Origin: Schmidtea polychroa
Taxonomy: Eukaryota
DNA length: 64,000 nucleotides
Assembly (NCBI GenBank): GCA_044892525.1
Contig: CM097888.1
Location: 89,156,001-89,220,000 of the forward strand
Reading direction: 5' to 3'
Numbering within the stretch: the stretch's first letter is position 1; each line of letters starts with the position of its first letter. A model generated the notes under the pieces. That model did not search any database. It was not told the origin of the DNA and saw only the letters and a program-made list of their open reading frames with translations. A program made the position numbers and the translations under genes. Positions 24,333 to 37,250 of the stretch are shown here, one piece after another.

Positions 24333-26433
24333 TAGGGTGGAGCTTATTTTTTAACTTTTGAAATATGATCTTCTTACCCTCTAATTTTGTTCCTATTTAT
24401 GAAATAATAATTCAGACAACATATGAGCACAATTGAACAATATTTAGAGGTAGCTCAATGACGGTGAAGTTTCCAGCACTCTGGTCGTCAGACTCCGACG
24501 GGTCCATAATTGTATTCTTTCAGTGTAAAATATATTTCACAAGCCGTGTGGTTACTGGTTAGGGGGCTTTAATCATTTTTAATCATTACAATCAATAATA
24601 GCTGGAATTGTTCATTCAAACAAAATAAAACTAAACTTATGATATTACGTAATTATCATTATTATCATAAAATTTTTGCATCAGCTTAGTGTTTTTTAAT
24701 TTCTAATAAAAGTAACTAACTTTTGCCCTTGATGCATGTAGGTTTGCTTACTTATTCACAGGTTAGAGGCAGTGCAATAGACTACCAAAGCTGACAGCCA
24801 TTTTGCTAACTTAAGCAGAAGAAATACAATTTTTGTTTCAATTTATTATTAATGATTGAAATAGTGATAAATTTGTAAATGTGATTATTTTTTCATCAAC
24901 ACTACACTACAGCAAACCAGGTATTTGAAATTATTTTTAAATTTATACAATGTAGTATCACATGTTACAGGTTTATGGTTTATCTTAAAGTTTCAAATAT
25001 GTGTAATTTGTGTGTGTATGTGTTTGATTGTGTAATGTGTATGACCTTATTTGACAATCTGTGTATTGCAGTGTGGAGGTTGACTGGTTGAGTCCAAATA
25101 TTTTTAGAATTGTTGCAGCAGTATGGCAATTCAGAATGTTTGCTTGATTGAGGCATATTGCTCTACTTTATTAATACAATTATTGTTGAGTTAACACTGC
25201 TAAATAACTGTTTTTAATGTTTCATGTTTAAAATGGTAAAATTCGTGATTCCAAATGCCAAATGATTGATAAAAATGCCTTTTCTAATTTTTTTCAGACT
25301 AATTTGAGCCAGCCGAGGGACGATTATAAAGAATTCTTGGAACTCGTGATTGTCTTTCTCGGTGCTGCTCCTGCCAGAGGAGTGCGATTCATGTTGCCCG
25401 GAGCAATGCATCATGCTCGCTGGATGAGTAAAGTCATATACAGTTTAAAGATCTGGATGTTCAAGGCTCAATTCAAACTTACTTCTGCAGAAGAAAGAGG
25501 AATACGCGATGTGTGTGTGTTTGCAGTACGCATCTACCTGAAAGCCTGGATCTCTGCACCTCAAGCATCCGGTGCTCCTTACAATGACTTTCTGCTGCTC
25601 AAGTCTCTGCTTGAATACTCGTCTATCCATTCTGCAATCTCAAAGCAAACATCACATAAGTTTTCCAATCATTTGTGGTACCTGTCACAGGAACTTGTTA
25701 GCTTGGCTTTCTTCGACGATCGTGTTAATTCGTCAACAAAGAGACTGATGGTGAGTGCAATGCAGAGCGAAGAAGAGCAAGATAAGGACCATTCAAAGAG
25801 AATTACAGTTGCTCTCGATTCCTTTAAGACCAAGAACTTGGAAGATTTTGTCACAGCTAAGTCAATGACCCTGCTCCGAATGCTGGAACTTCCACATGGA
25901 TTCCTCGCGGTTGATCCTGATTTGTGGGAGGACAGAGATGATTTCAGGCAAGCAAAGGAAACAGTCAAGTCACTGAAAGTAGTAAATGATCATGCCGAAC
26001 GTGGAGTTGCCTTAATTCAGGAATACAGCGGCTTGTTAACTCACGATGAATCACAGTTACAATTCCTCCTGCAAGTTGTCGAGGATCATCGTCGAATGTA
26101 CCCTGACAGCAGGAAACAAACTATGTCTGGAGTACCACATAAACAATAAATTTGGAAATTGTTGAACTGACACCCTGAACTCTTCCCAAAACTGAACTGA
26201 GATTGCAATCTAATTGTGTTGAAAAATTTATACTGATTTGTTACAAATAAATTGAGAATTTATGTAATTTTCATAATTTTGGTAAATTTGAAGCACTTGA
26301 GCTACCCCTAAACACAATAATTTATTATTCAAACTTTTTATGTAGTGTTTCTATATTATAAGGAACAGATTAGGAGGGTAAGACTTTCAAAAATACTTTT
26401 TTTAATTTTTTTTAATTTTTAAGCTCCACCCTA
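24333..26433 (+). mobile_element. 2101-bp hAT-superfamily-like DNA transposon (probably hATm-type) with 8-bp TSD
   Basis: ATAGATAG|TAGGGTGGAGCTTA ... TAAGCTCCACCCTA|ATAGATAG: perfect 14-bp TIR, 8-bp TSD, imperfect subterminal inverted similarity. The hATm label comes from recall of TAGGGTG termini and needs a database check. Confidence 0.88.
25262..26149 (+). CDS. C-terminal half of a transposase, 295 aa, uninterrupted
   Basis: PRDDYKEFLEL, PGAMHHARWMSKVIYSLKIW, HLWYLSQEL and VVNDHAERGVALI motifs; lies inside the TIR/TSD-bounded element. Confidence 0.85.
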   Translation: MIDKNAFSNFFQTNLSQPRDDYKEFLELVIVFLGAAPARGVRFMLPGAMHHARWMSKVIYSLKIWMFKAQFKLTSAEERGIRDVCVFAVRIYLKAWISAPQASGAPYNDFLLLKSLLEYSSIHSAISKQTSHKFSNHLWYLSQELVSLAFFDDRVNSSTKRLMVSAMQSEEEQDKDHSKRITVALDSFKTKNLEDFVTAKSMTLLRMLELPHGFLAVDPDLWEDRDDFRQAKETVKSLKVVNDHAERGVALIQEYSGLLTHDESQLQFLLQVVEDHRRMYPDSRKQTMSGVPHKQ

Positions 26434-27549
26434 ATAGATAGCGTAGCTTATTGCAGTTGCAATGAATAACATCTGAGTGAATAGTTATGTTTCGATATTA
26501 TAAGGTGAATGTGATCCTACTAATCATAAAAAGTAACAATTAATTATCAAGCTTCCAATTTATTCAGATATCCCAATCTAATTATTTGTTCGTTATTTCT
26601 TGGATCCATAATTGATTTGTGTAGTGGTTGGATAACAAATCTATTCGGGTTCATATTATTGTTAGGATTTGTTACATATTTCGCGAATTATAATGTTGGT
26701 CTATGAGAGTCAACACTAAAATTATTGGGGGCCAAATACAGTTAATCTTGATAATAATAACATGGCATCGAATTTGCTTTACTCGTCTGAGATTGATTAA
26801 TAGAGCCTGATTGATAAGTAGAAGTATTAGCTGATTGCATGAATTTTGATTGACTCTTGGAGTGAGATATATTAGACTGCGATGTTCCATCTAATGTGCA
26901 ATTATAGGTGATATTTGATTGGCCATAATTGTGTTCTGATTTATCCTTATTCGCTAATGATCCCATTTATATATAATATAATATAATATAATATAGTATA
27001 ATATTTATATAGATTTTGTTAAGGCCGTGTAACGGCTCACTACAAATATTTTAATAAATAGTGACAAATTTTGTATTATAAATCTGATATTGTTATCACC
27101 ACACATGTAAAGAAATATATATTGGTAATATCCTAATATCCGTTTTCTAATTACCATTCATATTTGATGAAAACCTTCACTTCATTGAAAAGATACTCCT
27201 CAACAAGTACAAAGGAATATTCTCATTAATTGTGAATATTTTATGACCTCAACTTGCCCTCTGGGGATCCTGCAATTCTAAAAGCCCAATTCAAATCGTT
27301 GTATAAAAGCTTAGAGTGAAACTTTTGGCAAGATTTATTGCTGGCCTATAAGGGTTTATTTCCATCTATTAATGATGTGAATATTAATATATATCTGGTG
27401 GATGATCGCAATTTCAATTATATAATTTAAACAACATATTTATTGCATCAACACGGATCAGTTATGCTAATAAATAATCCCAGCCAATGACAACGCAATC
27501 TGCCAGCGGCATTTTATTATTTCCTTTGATCTCATTTCTTTCATTTCAG

Positions 27550-27661
27550 ATGTCGCCATTGGAATTTTATATTTTCTTTTGGTGATATTCATTATTTTGA
27601 CTGCTTATTTTGCTGTGAAATTCAAAAGGAAACGTGAGAAACGAGTGGAAAAGCAGAAAGA
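27550..27661 (+). CDS. Transmembrane exon of a type I membrane protein
   Basis: TTTCAG acceptor; VAIGILYFLLVIFIILTAYFAV followed by basic KFKRKREKR; GTAAG donor. Paralog at 46415-46526. Confidence 0.75.
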
Positions 27662-27780
27662 GTAAGGATTTATTTCTTGATAAAATTACTGATTTCTAGA
27701 ATTGGATTGCTTTGTGATCCCCGCTCCTTGCTAAAATAGCGAAATATAACGATAAAATAAAAATAGCTGGAAAGCGGACT

Positions 27781-27940
27781 GTAAATTGCACATAAATAGC
27801 CAGCATAAATTGCACATAAATTGCACATAAATTGCACATAAATAGCCAGCATAAATTGCACATAAATTGCATATAAATTGCACATAAATTGCATATAAAT
27901 TGCATATAAATTGCATATAAATTGCCAGCATAAATTGCAT
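27781..27940. repeat. Minisatellite of interleaved 11-bp (ATAAATTGCAC/T) and 13-bp (ATAAATWGCCAGC) units
   Basis: Read directly; lies between the TM exon and the tail exon. Confidence 0.95.
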
Positions 27941-30289
27941 AGGAATGCGCTTGGTTGTGGGCAGCATAAATGGAACATGAATGAATGATAGATGAATCGA
28001 GATGGGGAAATATGAGAAGGGAAATGCTCCAACACAGCTCCAATATGGTAAAGAATCACATATTGAGGAATCACATATTGAATATAGTGAAAATGAAATG
28101 ATTGATGCTAGAAATATTGCTGAATGCTTGGCCGTAAATTTGTATTGATGAGAGAAATATTAGATATAATGATAAGGTAGATGAAGCGGTGAAGGGGTAC
28201 CCCAGGATAATCAATCAATCTGTGATGATAATGATGATGATGTAGGCAATGTTGATAGGGTTGTGACAGAGTTGTGACAGTAGGCAACAGGTCAAGGGAG
28301 ATGAAACAGTTGATGAGATCAATTATTCAAAATTTACACATGAGCAATTATTCAATATCAGTTTTATTGATTGGGTGCAATTTTGATTGATTTTGTGCAA
28401 TCGATATTTGGGTGAATCAATACAATATTATCAGATAATTTACCGGGCAAGGGGAGGGGAGGGAGGGGAGCCAGCTTGGATATATATTTGACTGGCTCAG
28501 TGAATTCACCCCGTCAAAATGTTGCCCACTAACCGCAATTTAATGATATTGAGCCAATAGAAATAGTGACGGAATCAGTTGCCCTCCTCTCCAACTGGAT
28601 TATGCTTGCTTCTATTTGCCTTGCGCAGTTTAATCATTTCCATTCAATCCGATAATACGCAATCAAATATAATTTGTGTAAAAATATTTATTTATTGAGT
28701 TTCGGATTATTTCTGGTTTCGAGTTGTCTGATTGGTTGGAAATTATTTCTAATAAATATGAAATTGCTATGAAATTGCTCATTTAAATATTATTGATATT
28801 ATTAACTGAATTTATATTTAATATAATTAATTGTTTTTTTGTTTTAATGGGAGATTTTGAATGATTCGGATAATTCATTATTGATGCGATTGACAATAAA
28901 TATGAAGGAATTTTAATGTTTGTTTGATTGGTGGTGAAAGCTGATAAAATATTTGATGAGTGCATTGCTAATAACCAGATATGAATGCATGGGGTCACCT
29001 GGGCTGTTTGGGCTGGCTGACTGAGCTTTGATTGGATGCATTTCACAGCTGGTTTCATTGCTGGATTTGATTGGCTGATTGAGGGATTATAGAGACGAAT
29101 CAGATATTGTTATTAGCTGAGCAATTGGGTGATAACTAAATATATTTCTAGTGCAATTCATTCACTGATATCGGACCCAGAGGATGGAGAAGAAGTAGCA
29201 GTTCCAACCGTGCCGCAACAAAGCAATAAGCAAGACGGATCCGACAAGTTCTTTTAATATCTCAATTAGTAATAATTAATCACGGTTCAGAAGCGGATCT
29301 GTATCAACAATTGCCAGTCATTCATCACAGTGTAGCGATAGCAGTGTCGCCCCGCTGATAACTAACTCAAAATAACTCAAACAGCTCTATGCAGTAACCA
29401 GATATCTGACGGATTCTTTTATTATCGCAATTAGCAATAATTAATCACGGTTCAGAACAATTATAGCAGTTATAGCAGTGACGCCTCGCTGGTGTGACAT
29501 TGTGATATCCTCATGACCTCATTTTCTATTTCATTAACATTTTCTACATAAAATTTCATATATTTATTTATTATAAACATTTCTTATTGCCATTGAATTT
29601 ATAAATAAATAATTGTTGACAGTTTTATGCAATCCGTCACGCACCGTTGGCAACTGGCGGACAATCTGCTGATTTGCCCATTTACATCTCATTTTCACTC
29701 ATTATTTCATTGAAATGATGAATAAAAACCCTTGCAATTGTTATTATATAGAGCATTGCGTCATCAAGCTCCATTATTACATAATCAGTAATCGTAGCGT
29801 TCATGAAGCGGTTACAATCAGCACAGAAATCCAAGTTCCGCCTGGGATAGAATACGCATTCAACTGCCTAATGAATATAATGACAAAGTTTATGATAATA
29901 CTCGTGTGATAATATAATGATTGTGCTGGCTGACATTTAGTGAGGATCTGCAGCTTGTACAAGGATTCATACTCGATCCCGCATCCCATTTGAGTTCTGA
30001 ACATCCCATTTATTTCTACTAATTCCCATCGCAATACCTTCTAATGTTGTTTAACAATAAATTACCCACTACGATCAAAATTAGTCCTATATGCTAGTTA
30101 GAGGATGTCAGCAAAAGATGGATCCGATCTCTAGGAATCACTTTCCTGAGGCGCGTCTGGATTCACATTTTCATATTCCTTGTAACAGCTATTTGTTAAT
30201 TTATAAGATAATTTTGCAACGAATGTAATAGTTCTATCTACAATTAACAGTTATTAACATCAGCTGAGTTATTCATTTGAAAATTTTAT

Positions 30290-31050
30290 TCATAGTTTAT
30301 ATTATCTAAACTTGGTCAACGAAATCTTTCGATAGGTCCTCCACTTGTGCAATCCGAAACACCTGAAATGATTCATTTCGTACTATCCTGAAGAAGGCTT
30401 TGCTGGTGGCCTTACCCCTACAAATATACGTTGGGAGTTTGTGTTTATTGAGTTTTGGAACACGTGGAGTCAGAGTAACCAACGGTTGATTTTTAGTATC
30501 ACAAAACCCAACATATTAATTTGCTTTTATAAATTGCGAATCTGTGATTAATTTCGCATGTCATTCGATTGATCCACCATCCGTGCAATCCTTAACCCAC
30601 TGAAACGATTCTTTTCGTACTATTCTGAAAAAGGCTTTGCTGGTGGCCCTAACCCTTGTAGCGGGTACAATTACTGATTCATTTGATGTTTCGAACTCGA
30701 GTGTAGGTACCAACAATAAACAAACCAAAATAAAAAACAATATGTGAAACATTGTTAAATAAGTGGATATTAGAATTCGGAACTCCATAAGAACTTCATG
30801 TAAATTGTGGAAAGAACTCCGAAACAAAAAGTATAAAGCAATTAACAAGCGTAGATGGAATTGAACTAATATTTTCAAGCCCGTATCAGCAGAAGATGAA
30901 TGGCTTTATTGAAATACTTTTCCGAGAGATCATAGAGTATGTCAACGCCTAACTATACGAAGGAGCAAGAAATGCTGGAATGATTTACTACCAGAGATGC
31001 CCATCTGATAGAGAATTGATGGAATGTAATGCAACAAGAATATTGTGGAG
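30290..31050 (+). mobile_element. Mosaic Gypsy integrase remnant
   Basis: TLLNKWILEFGTP*ELHVNCGKN...DGIELIFSSPYQQKMNGFIEILFREII. The part from ~30420 resembles the inverted 868-1690 region; the part before it matches 50350-50510. Confidence 0.8.
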
Positions 31051-32849
31051 TTATTGGTTTGGTGACAATGTTTGTAAATTCAATCTTTTCCTTTAACTCC
31101 AAAGCGTGTTTACTAATTCACAAATTAGCACTCTCGAATACGATAAGCTTTATTAATATTCACCCGGATCGTACAAATTCCAATTACAAAGGAAGGCTCT
31201 TTCCACTTCACACGCATCTGCTTTCCGCACAACAACCTCATTCCGTCAAACTATACTTCATGCCTCCTAGGACCTAGCACGTTCACACATAACCATCTAA
31301 TCACACCTCAACTCACACAAGAATAATTCCATATAGAATTTATTATAATTTTAACAAAAAATTTCAAAACCATGGAGCGAATTTACTACCAAAGTTTATT
31401 TTCAATGATAAGCTTGTATCCAATTAATGGATTGGGGGTAATCAACAGATATGATATCTCAATGATAAAACAAAAACACATTTATAGAAAAATTAAGAAT
31501 ATAATAACAAGTTATTTTCACGAAGAGAATTCCAAGAAATCGATTAGAACGCACAAAATATATAAAACAAATGTATGAAAACACTCCAAAACCTCACAAT
31601 AAACATCAGAATTAGAATTCTATGACACACCTGCATAGTCGACAGGAGCCACGCTTGGGAAATCCCAGGAAACTAAATTCAAACAATAATTCGAGAAATT
31701 TACAATTGTTTTGATGATAAACCACAACAGACAAAATTACATTGTTGTTGATAAAATTGTAAGTAAATTTTACTGACTTAAATTAAAAATTTTAACTGTT
31801 CATTTTGATTATTTTAGTAGTTCAGTAAATTTAATCAAAAAAATATATTTCTTAGATATTTCTTTTTGTTTATTTTAAATAAAATTATAAAATGATTCAA
31901 CATTCGTTTGTTTTAGTTTATCATTCTAATCTTATTTAAGCTAGGATATAATATTAACTTTTTATTTCAGGTCAAACAGTTAAATATTTAATGATTAAAA
32001 TAGTAAGAAATATCAATTTGTTGAGAGTATTTGATATCAACCAGCTGTTTGTGAGAGGGTGGGCTTTGTTGGTATTTATTATGTGGATGCAGTTAATATC
32101 AGGTAATTTATATGATTGTGCTACAGCAAATGATGGCCATTGCAGCAGAGTATCACATCAGTAGCAAGGAAGGTCCCAGTTATTTGACCACAGGAATCAG
32201 TGATACATATGGCCAATATGAAATCAGATTTAAAATGAGTCTCAATTGAATGAGAGGAACTTTATTATATTTGATTGATAAATACGAGAATCAGTTGATA
32301 ATTTCCCTTGATGAGGAGCTGGGGGAGAGGATGATAATGGAATTCAGGGGGGAATCGCATTATGCAACTCTATCTGAATTGTGTAAGGGATAAATTGGAA
32401 TATTGATTGAGGGGGGTGATAAATTATGCTTTGCATTCAGGTGGCTGTGTGAGATGCAAATATCGATTGATCGAGTTGATGGTGTCCATTACTGATCGGA
32501 TCAACATCCAATGCAATGATCAGCCATATAAATCATTCAGATATTGGGATAAGAAAGTGCTTAATAACGGTAAGCATGTGAAATGATATTATAACTCATG
32601 ATCAATAAATCAATAACAGCGATAAATAGTGCAATAGTGCCGCCATATAAGTGATCCTGAACCCTCTCATCCAATCATCAAAGGGGCTCATTGGAAGGTT
32701 ATAAAATCAATATAAAAGGGCAACCAATCAAATTCTCGCATTTGAGCGCCAGTAAAATATCAAACATTGCGATTATAAAAATATCAAATAAAGAATTGCT
32801 TGCATTCAGTGACGGATGCAGGATTATTGGTGGAGGGGGGGATAATTTT

Positions 32850-33225
32850 GAATGAATCTTGATATGCACATCTGTCGTGACTATTTGGTTCAGCAGTTGT
32901 AATGTGTTCGTTAGCTTAATTTCATTTTTCTAGTTAAATCCAGATTTGGGCACTAATATATATTCACCTTGTTATATATTCATCAAGACATTAAAATAAA
33001 TCCGGATGAAATACTTTCTGAATTAATGAAGGGAGAAAGACGAATTAATATTATATTGCAAAATATTCTATGTAAAATACATTGTTAATAATTATTAATA
33101 AATTTGTTAATTATCTTACAATATTTTTTCTATTTTTCCGTGTCAACTTTTAACATTGCTCGATGAATTGCAACAATTAATAATTTTAATCCCTCCCCCA
33201 AGCTGAAATCCTGACTACGTCCGTG
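32850..33225 (+). mobile_element. hAT 3' remnant (dimerisation-domain end plus right terminus)
   Basis: QDIKINPDEILSELMKGERRINIIL, followed by CCCTCCCCC..AAATCCTGACTACGTCCGTG, resembling a hAT right end. Confidence 0.6.
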
Positions 33226-34039
33226 TTGGGACTGTTACATGGGCGTCACTAAGGGGTGCGGGCCGCACCGGGTGACTGTATATTGAGCATAGCAATATAA
33301 ATCAATACGCTGTCCCTCTTTATATCTGTTGCTTAATAGATCAAATTCCCTAGTAAAATCCGAAATGTATAAATTTTAAAAAACTGATTTCAAAAATTCA
33401 TTTATCATCGATCAATGGAATAAATAAAATGAAAGATTTTGATTGGTTGATAACTAGAATGAATGAAATTCAATAATATGATTGGACGAGAGAATTATGA
33501 TGCATTATTGCGCGTGAGGAAATGTGACAGCCTATGCAATTCCGCATTTCAATCTGATTATTTACTGATAATTATTGTTTTATTATTGATAAATAAATGT
33601 ACGCATTCAATATATATTTAATGCGCTGTTTTATTACGCAGCCTATCCGATCGGGAAACCATTAGGACCTTCGCCAGTGAGATTATATCTCGTCAATACT
33701 CCTGAGCATGGTGAATATTATCCGAACCCTTTCCAACTGGCTGGCTGTATTAGTGATATAATAGTAAATGGAAATCCTGTAGAAATGGAGAAATTTGGCC
33801 CTGCAATCTCCACCAAATGCCCTAAATCATGCGTCAATGACGTGTGCAATGCTGGCGTATGCCATGAAACATATGATAGATATCCATTCTGTGATTGCAC
33901 TGATTCCTTCCTGAATGGCCGATTCTGCAATTCAAGTGAGTAAATATAACTTGTGAATGACAATGGTAGTTGAACAAAGGTTACTCTGGGTACCTCAAAA
34001 TTACACATACAATTTTGCTTTTGTATTTTTAATTATGAT

Positions 34040-34700
34040 TGTCATTTGAAAAACAGAAGAGGTAAACCTTTGCTTAGAGACGGTGAGTTTCAATATCATC
34101 TGAATGCACCAAGTTATGCGGGCGCTAAGATATACTGGCTTTGCACACAGATAGGAGTTTGCAAAGCTAGTTGTGGCATTAATGGCTTTACCATTTATTC
34201 CAGATAAAGATGTAGCTGACACTTTTAAAGGTTTAGCAGCTTATGTTCCGCCTGAACTTAATGATTTTATTGATTTCTATGAAAGAACTTATTTAAGATT
34301 AATTAAACACGAAAATAGCATCAAAGATTTGAGAACAAAACTTGGAGTTGCTATAACGCAATACTTTCTAGGCATGGCGGAATGAATAATGTTGCAAATG
34401 GATGACATTCTCGTTTTCAAGGTGAAATCCAATCGCAGCATGCAATTATTTGGAGGTTTATGGAGTTTATTAGAATAGATGAAGCCGATGACAAAGTATT
34501 GATTGAGCAATCATTTGAAGGCCACAGAAAGATTAGCCATCCAATAAAGTGCATTTATCTTATTAATAACTCACGCATCTCAGATCTTACAAGGTCATGC
34601 GATGCAATTAAGGATATTGTCATGACTAAGAACTAGTTGCATAGAACAGGAAAGCTGCTGATAAACAGCTTTGCTTATATTGCACAACAAGATAATCGTC
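34040..34700 (+). mobile_element. Paralogous MULE remnant
   Basis: Diverged copy of 16400-17060. Confidence 0.78.
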
Positions 34701-35100
34701 AGTCTGATATAAACAGAGTTAAATTTCTAATTTTCTAGTTTCTAAAGACTTATAGAGCTTCTATTTGGTTTTCTTTTATACATTTTATCAGTATCATAAT
34801 TTATTGGTTTTATGTGTAATGTCTGTGAATCGTTGCTTTGGCCATATAATATGCAATTAATTATTATTTATGCCACATATATGTAACTATACAATTTGAC
34901 AGGGATCATAGCCATTCATAAACTAATGAAAGAGCCTTGTTATCCACAAATGTTCCACAAAACAATCAAGATTTTATCCAATAGAATATTTTAGTTAAAT
35001 AAAAATAAATTTATTGAGTAAAGAAAATATGTGAAAACTTCTAATCATTCGGCATAAGCTTATCATCCCTTGGTCATGGCTAGCTATGATTGGTTATTGC

Positions 35101-35436
35101 CAGGGCCGTCGAGTGCCAGGCCGGACCCTCGATGCAATTTGTCAGTACGGGCCTTCTTTGCTATTATATTTTTAAAAAAATCTAGTTTGTTGATTAAGAA
35201 AAATACAAGGGGCAATACAAGGGCCCACTTGAAGGGGTTCGCATCATTTTATTGAAAACCGTTTACAGTAACGGCAACTGGTAAGATATTTTAGTAAAAC
35301 TTAAAAGATGAAAATAAACATGAGTTTAAAAACTTGTAAAAAGGATTTATCTGAAATTGAAATTTTAAAGCCAAATATGATTATATCGGGAGTCCCGATG
35401 ATTTGCATCGCCTGCATCGCCCTCTTTTCAGTGCTG
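35101..35436. mobile_element. 336-bp hAT-type MITE present only in copy B
   Basis: CAGGGCCG...CAGTGCTG termini; flanks GTTATTGC / GTTATTAC (8-bp TSD with one mismatch); absent at the paralogous site near 17430. Confidence 0.65.
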
Positions 35437-35599
35437 GTTATTACTGGTTACGACTGATTATGATTGGTTATGACAAACTATGAGTGGTTATAAATTTATT
35501 TTCAAAATATTTCAGCTTGAAATTGTAATAAAATTATAAATTAGTTTTAATTGTCAGGCGTAATCAACAAAATGGATTCCAATTGGAAATATCATTCAA

Positions 35600-36030
35600 A
35601 TACCTTCCAGTCCAAATTCATCAAAATCTCCTGGCGAGCTGATTCTGGTGCCATTTTTGCCATGTGGAATGAGTAGTTCTTTATTTCATTATTTTTCATG
35701 AATTTTCTTGCTAATTTGATCAATTATCTCACATAGTCAATGCTAGTATTCTTGTTTCCCCTTCCTTTTCTTTGGATCTTTATGTGGATCTGAACTTGTG
35801 AAGTTACGTAATTGCTTTATTATCCGTTTGCAGAATCCTTTCCCTATATAAGTGGTCTTTAAAATTACGTGTAAATAAATAAATGGGAATAACTCCTTCC
35901 TTGTAATGTAGAGTTCCAATTTATTGGCCTTCATTGCAAGAGGGTTATTTGCATTTTCGTCACCTTAGGATAATACTGCCCCAATGCCATTGAAACTGGC
36001 TCTCCTATACAATAGAGATTCCTTGAAGAA
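35600..36030 (-). mobile_element. Paralogous Gypsy RNase H remnant
   Basis: ASFNGIGAVLS and YITRKELFP; diverged copy of 17600-18150. Confidence 0.72.
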
Positions 36031-36199
36031 ATCATAGTACGCTATATATACCAGTTCATATTAATATGTTTTCAGTGCTGGTTTGAAGGCGCTTAACGCC
36101 ATTTAAAAAGACTATAGTTTCTTAGATAAGTCTTACAACAGCGGATAGTTCTAATTTAGGATCCTGCATAAACTTGCTGATGATGTCTATTCGGTGAAG

Positions 36200-37250
36200 A
36201 ATATCATAACATACAACCAATTTAAAAATAAGCTTGAAGTACTTCAGAGCATTAGCAAGAGTAGCTACCTCATTTCGAGCTTAAGAGTTTTTTCTTTATC
36301 TGACAGTTCAAACAGAGCATCAAAAAGCTTGTTTAGTTGATATAGTATTGGTACTTTACTGTCAATTCTTGACTCTCAGAGGGTTTCAGACAATGGCTTC
36401 ACAGTATGCCGAGAAACGTGTTGCTTCAGTATTTTACAACAAGCTGTGGATGAATTAAACCAAATTAATTAAACCAAAAAAAGAGGATGCAGCACCTGTA
36501 GATTTTGTGACGTTGCCAAAAACAATATTTAAACTATGGAAACCACAAGAAACAAAGAATGCAAGTAGGTTTATATCAACAATTCTTCGCTGGACGCCGG
36601 AATTCTTACCTTTCAAGTTAGATCCATTATCATATACTTGCTCTCTGCAGTTAGTGATAAAGATTGCATTTTTGCAATTCTTCCTGAAAGGCGTTGGTAA
36701 GACTGACCTGTTGAATCTTCGACTACAATAAAACCTACGAAATCCTCGTGTATAGAAACATCTTCATTACTAGCTACAAAGTGTCTTGTGATAGACATCT
36801 GCTCTTTATGACTCTGATCTGGAGTGCAATCAAGAATAATAGAGAAATATTAGGCATGTCGTGCAGAATCTAAAATTGTTTATTTAACTTTGTCAGCCAT
36901 TAGAGTAAATAATTCATTTTGGAATCTTTTTCCAAGATAACGGTCATGGATTTCATCCGGCGTGATTCGTCATAAGTGTTCTTGCAATACTGGATCGAAC
37001 TTTCCTTTACGTTCTACCAAGGCAAGAAAGTTACCATTGTCTATTCTATTAATCTTTTCTGATGAGCCCCGAAAAGCCAGGTTGTGTTGAGCTATAAATT
37101 GAATGATTGTGTGCAATCTTTCAAAAATGTTTCACCAGTGTACAGTTTCAGCACCCTAGCTAGCCTATCTTTAACATTACTGGTTAGACTGGTCCATTAA
37201 CATGCCCTCGTAGGTGTGTATTTAGTAAAATGTTAGCCACAAAATGGGTT
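36200..37250 (-). mobile_element. hAT transposase remnant (ZMYM1/DUF4371-like region), copy B only
   Basis: LAQHNLAFRGSSE..NGNFLAL..FDPVLQEHL..QNE and YFSIILDCTPDQSHKEQM..EDFVGF..VEDSTG; stops and frameshifts. Confidence 0.85.

Larger units (their letters stand above)
14588..28148 (+). pseudogene. Laminin-G/EGF type I membrane gene (neurexin/Caspr-like architecture), copy A, disrupted
   Basis: Signal exon MTWVALLVFIMGRQLIS (14588-14639) and a 24-nt GT-AG intron; LamG exon (ORF 14649-14933); LamG-end plus EGF exon near 16004-16296; degenerate LamG/EGF pieces at 19150-19860; LamG strand NWTFVINIGGL cut by an insertion at 20459; TM exon 27550-27661; tail exon 27992-28148 with an in-frame stop. 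Linking all exons into one gene is inference. Confidence 0.6.
14010..30416 (+). repeat. Inner segmental duplication, copy A (~16.4 kb)
   Basis: ORF pairs 16037/33677, 20282/39147, 25262/44127, 27670/46535, 29715/48456. Core offset is constant at 18,865; flanks are diverged and carry different insertions. Confidence 0.93.

Noticed and set aside
24445-24520. tRNA-like GGTAGCTCAA start
   Set aside because: No B box or cloverleaf; mirrored at the other end of the element, so it is a subterminal repeat.
27781-27940. CRISPR-like array
   Set aside because: Tandem units with no unique spacers, no cas genes, eukaryotic context.
27670-28074. Three overlapping minus-strand ORFs (and their copies at 46535-46939)
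   Set aside because: Artefacts of the stop-free minisatellite (repeating CNLCAIY/VQFM).
37061-37080. CTGATGAG..CGAAA hammerhead-like core
   Set aside because: No room for stem II; it is the reverse complement of the conserved hAT LAFRGSSE codons.
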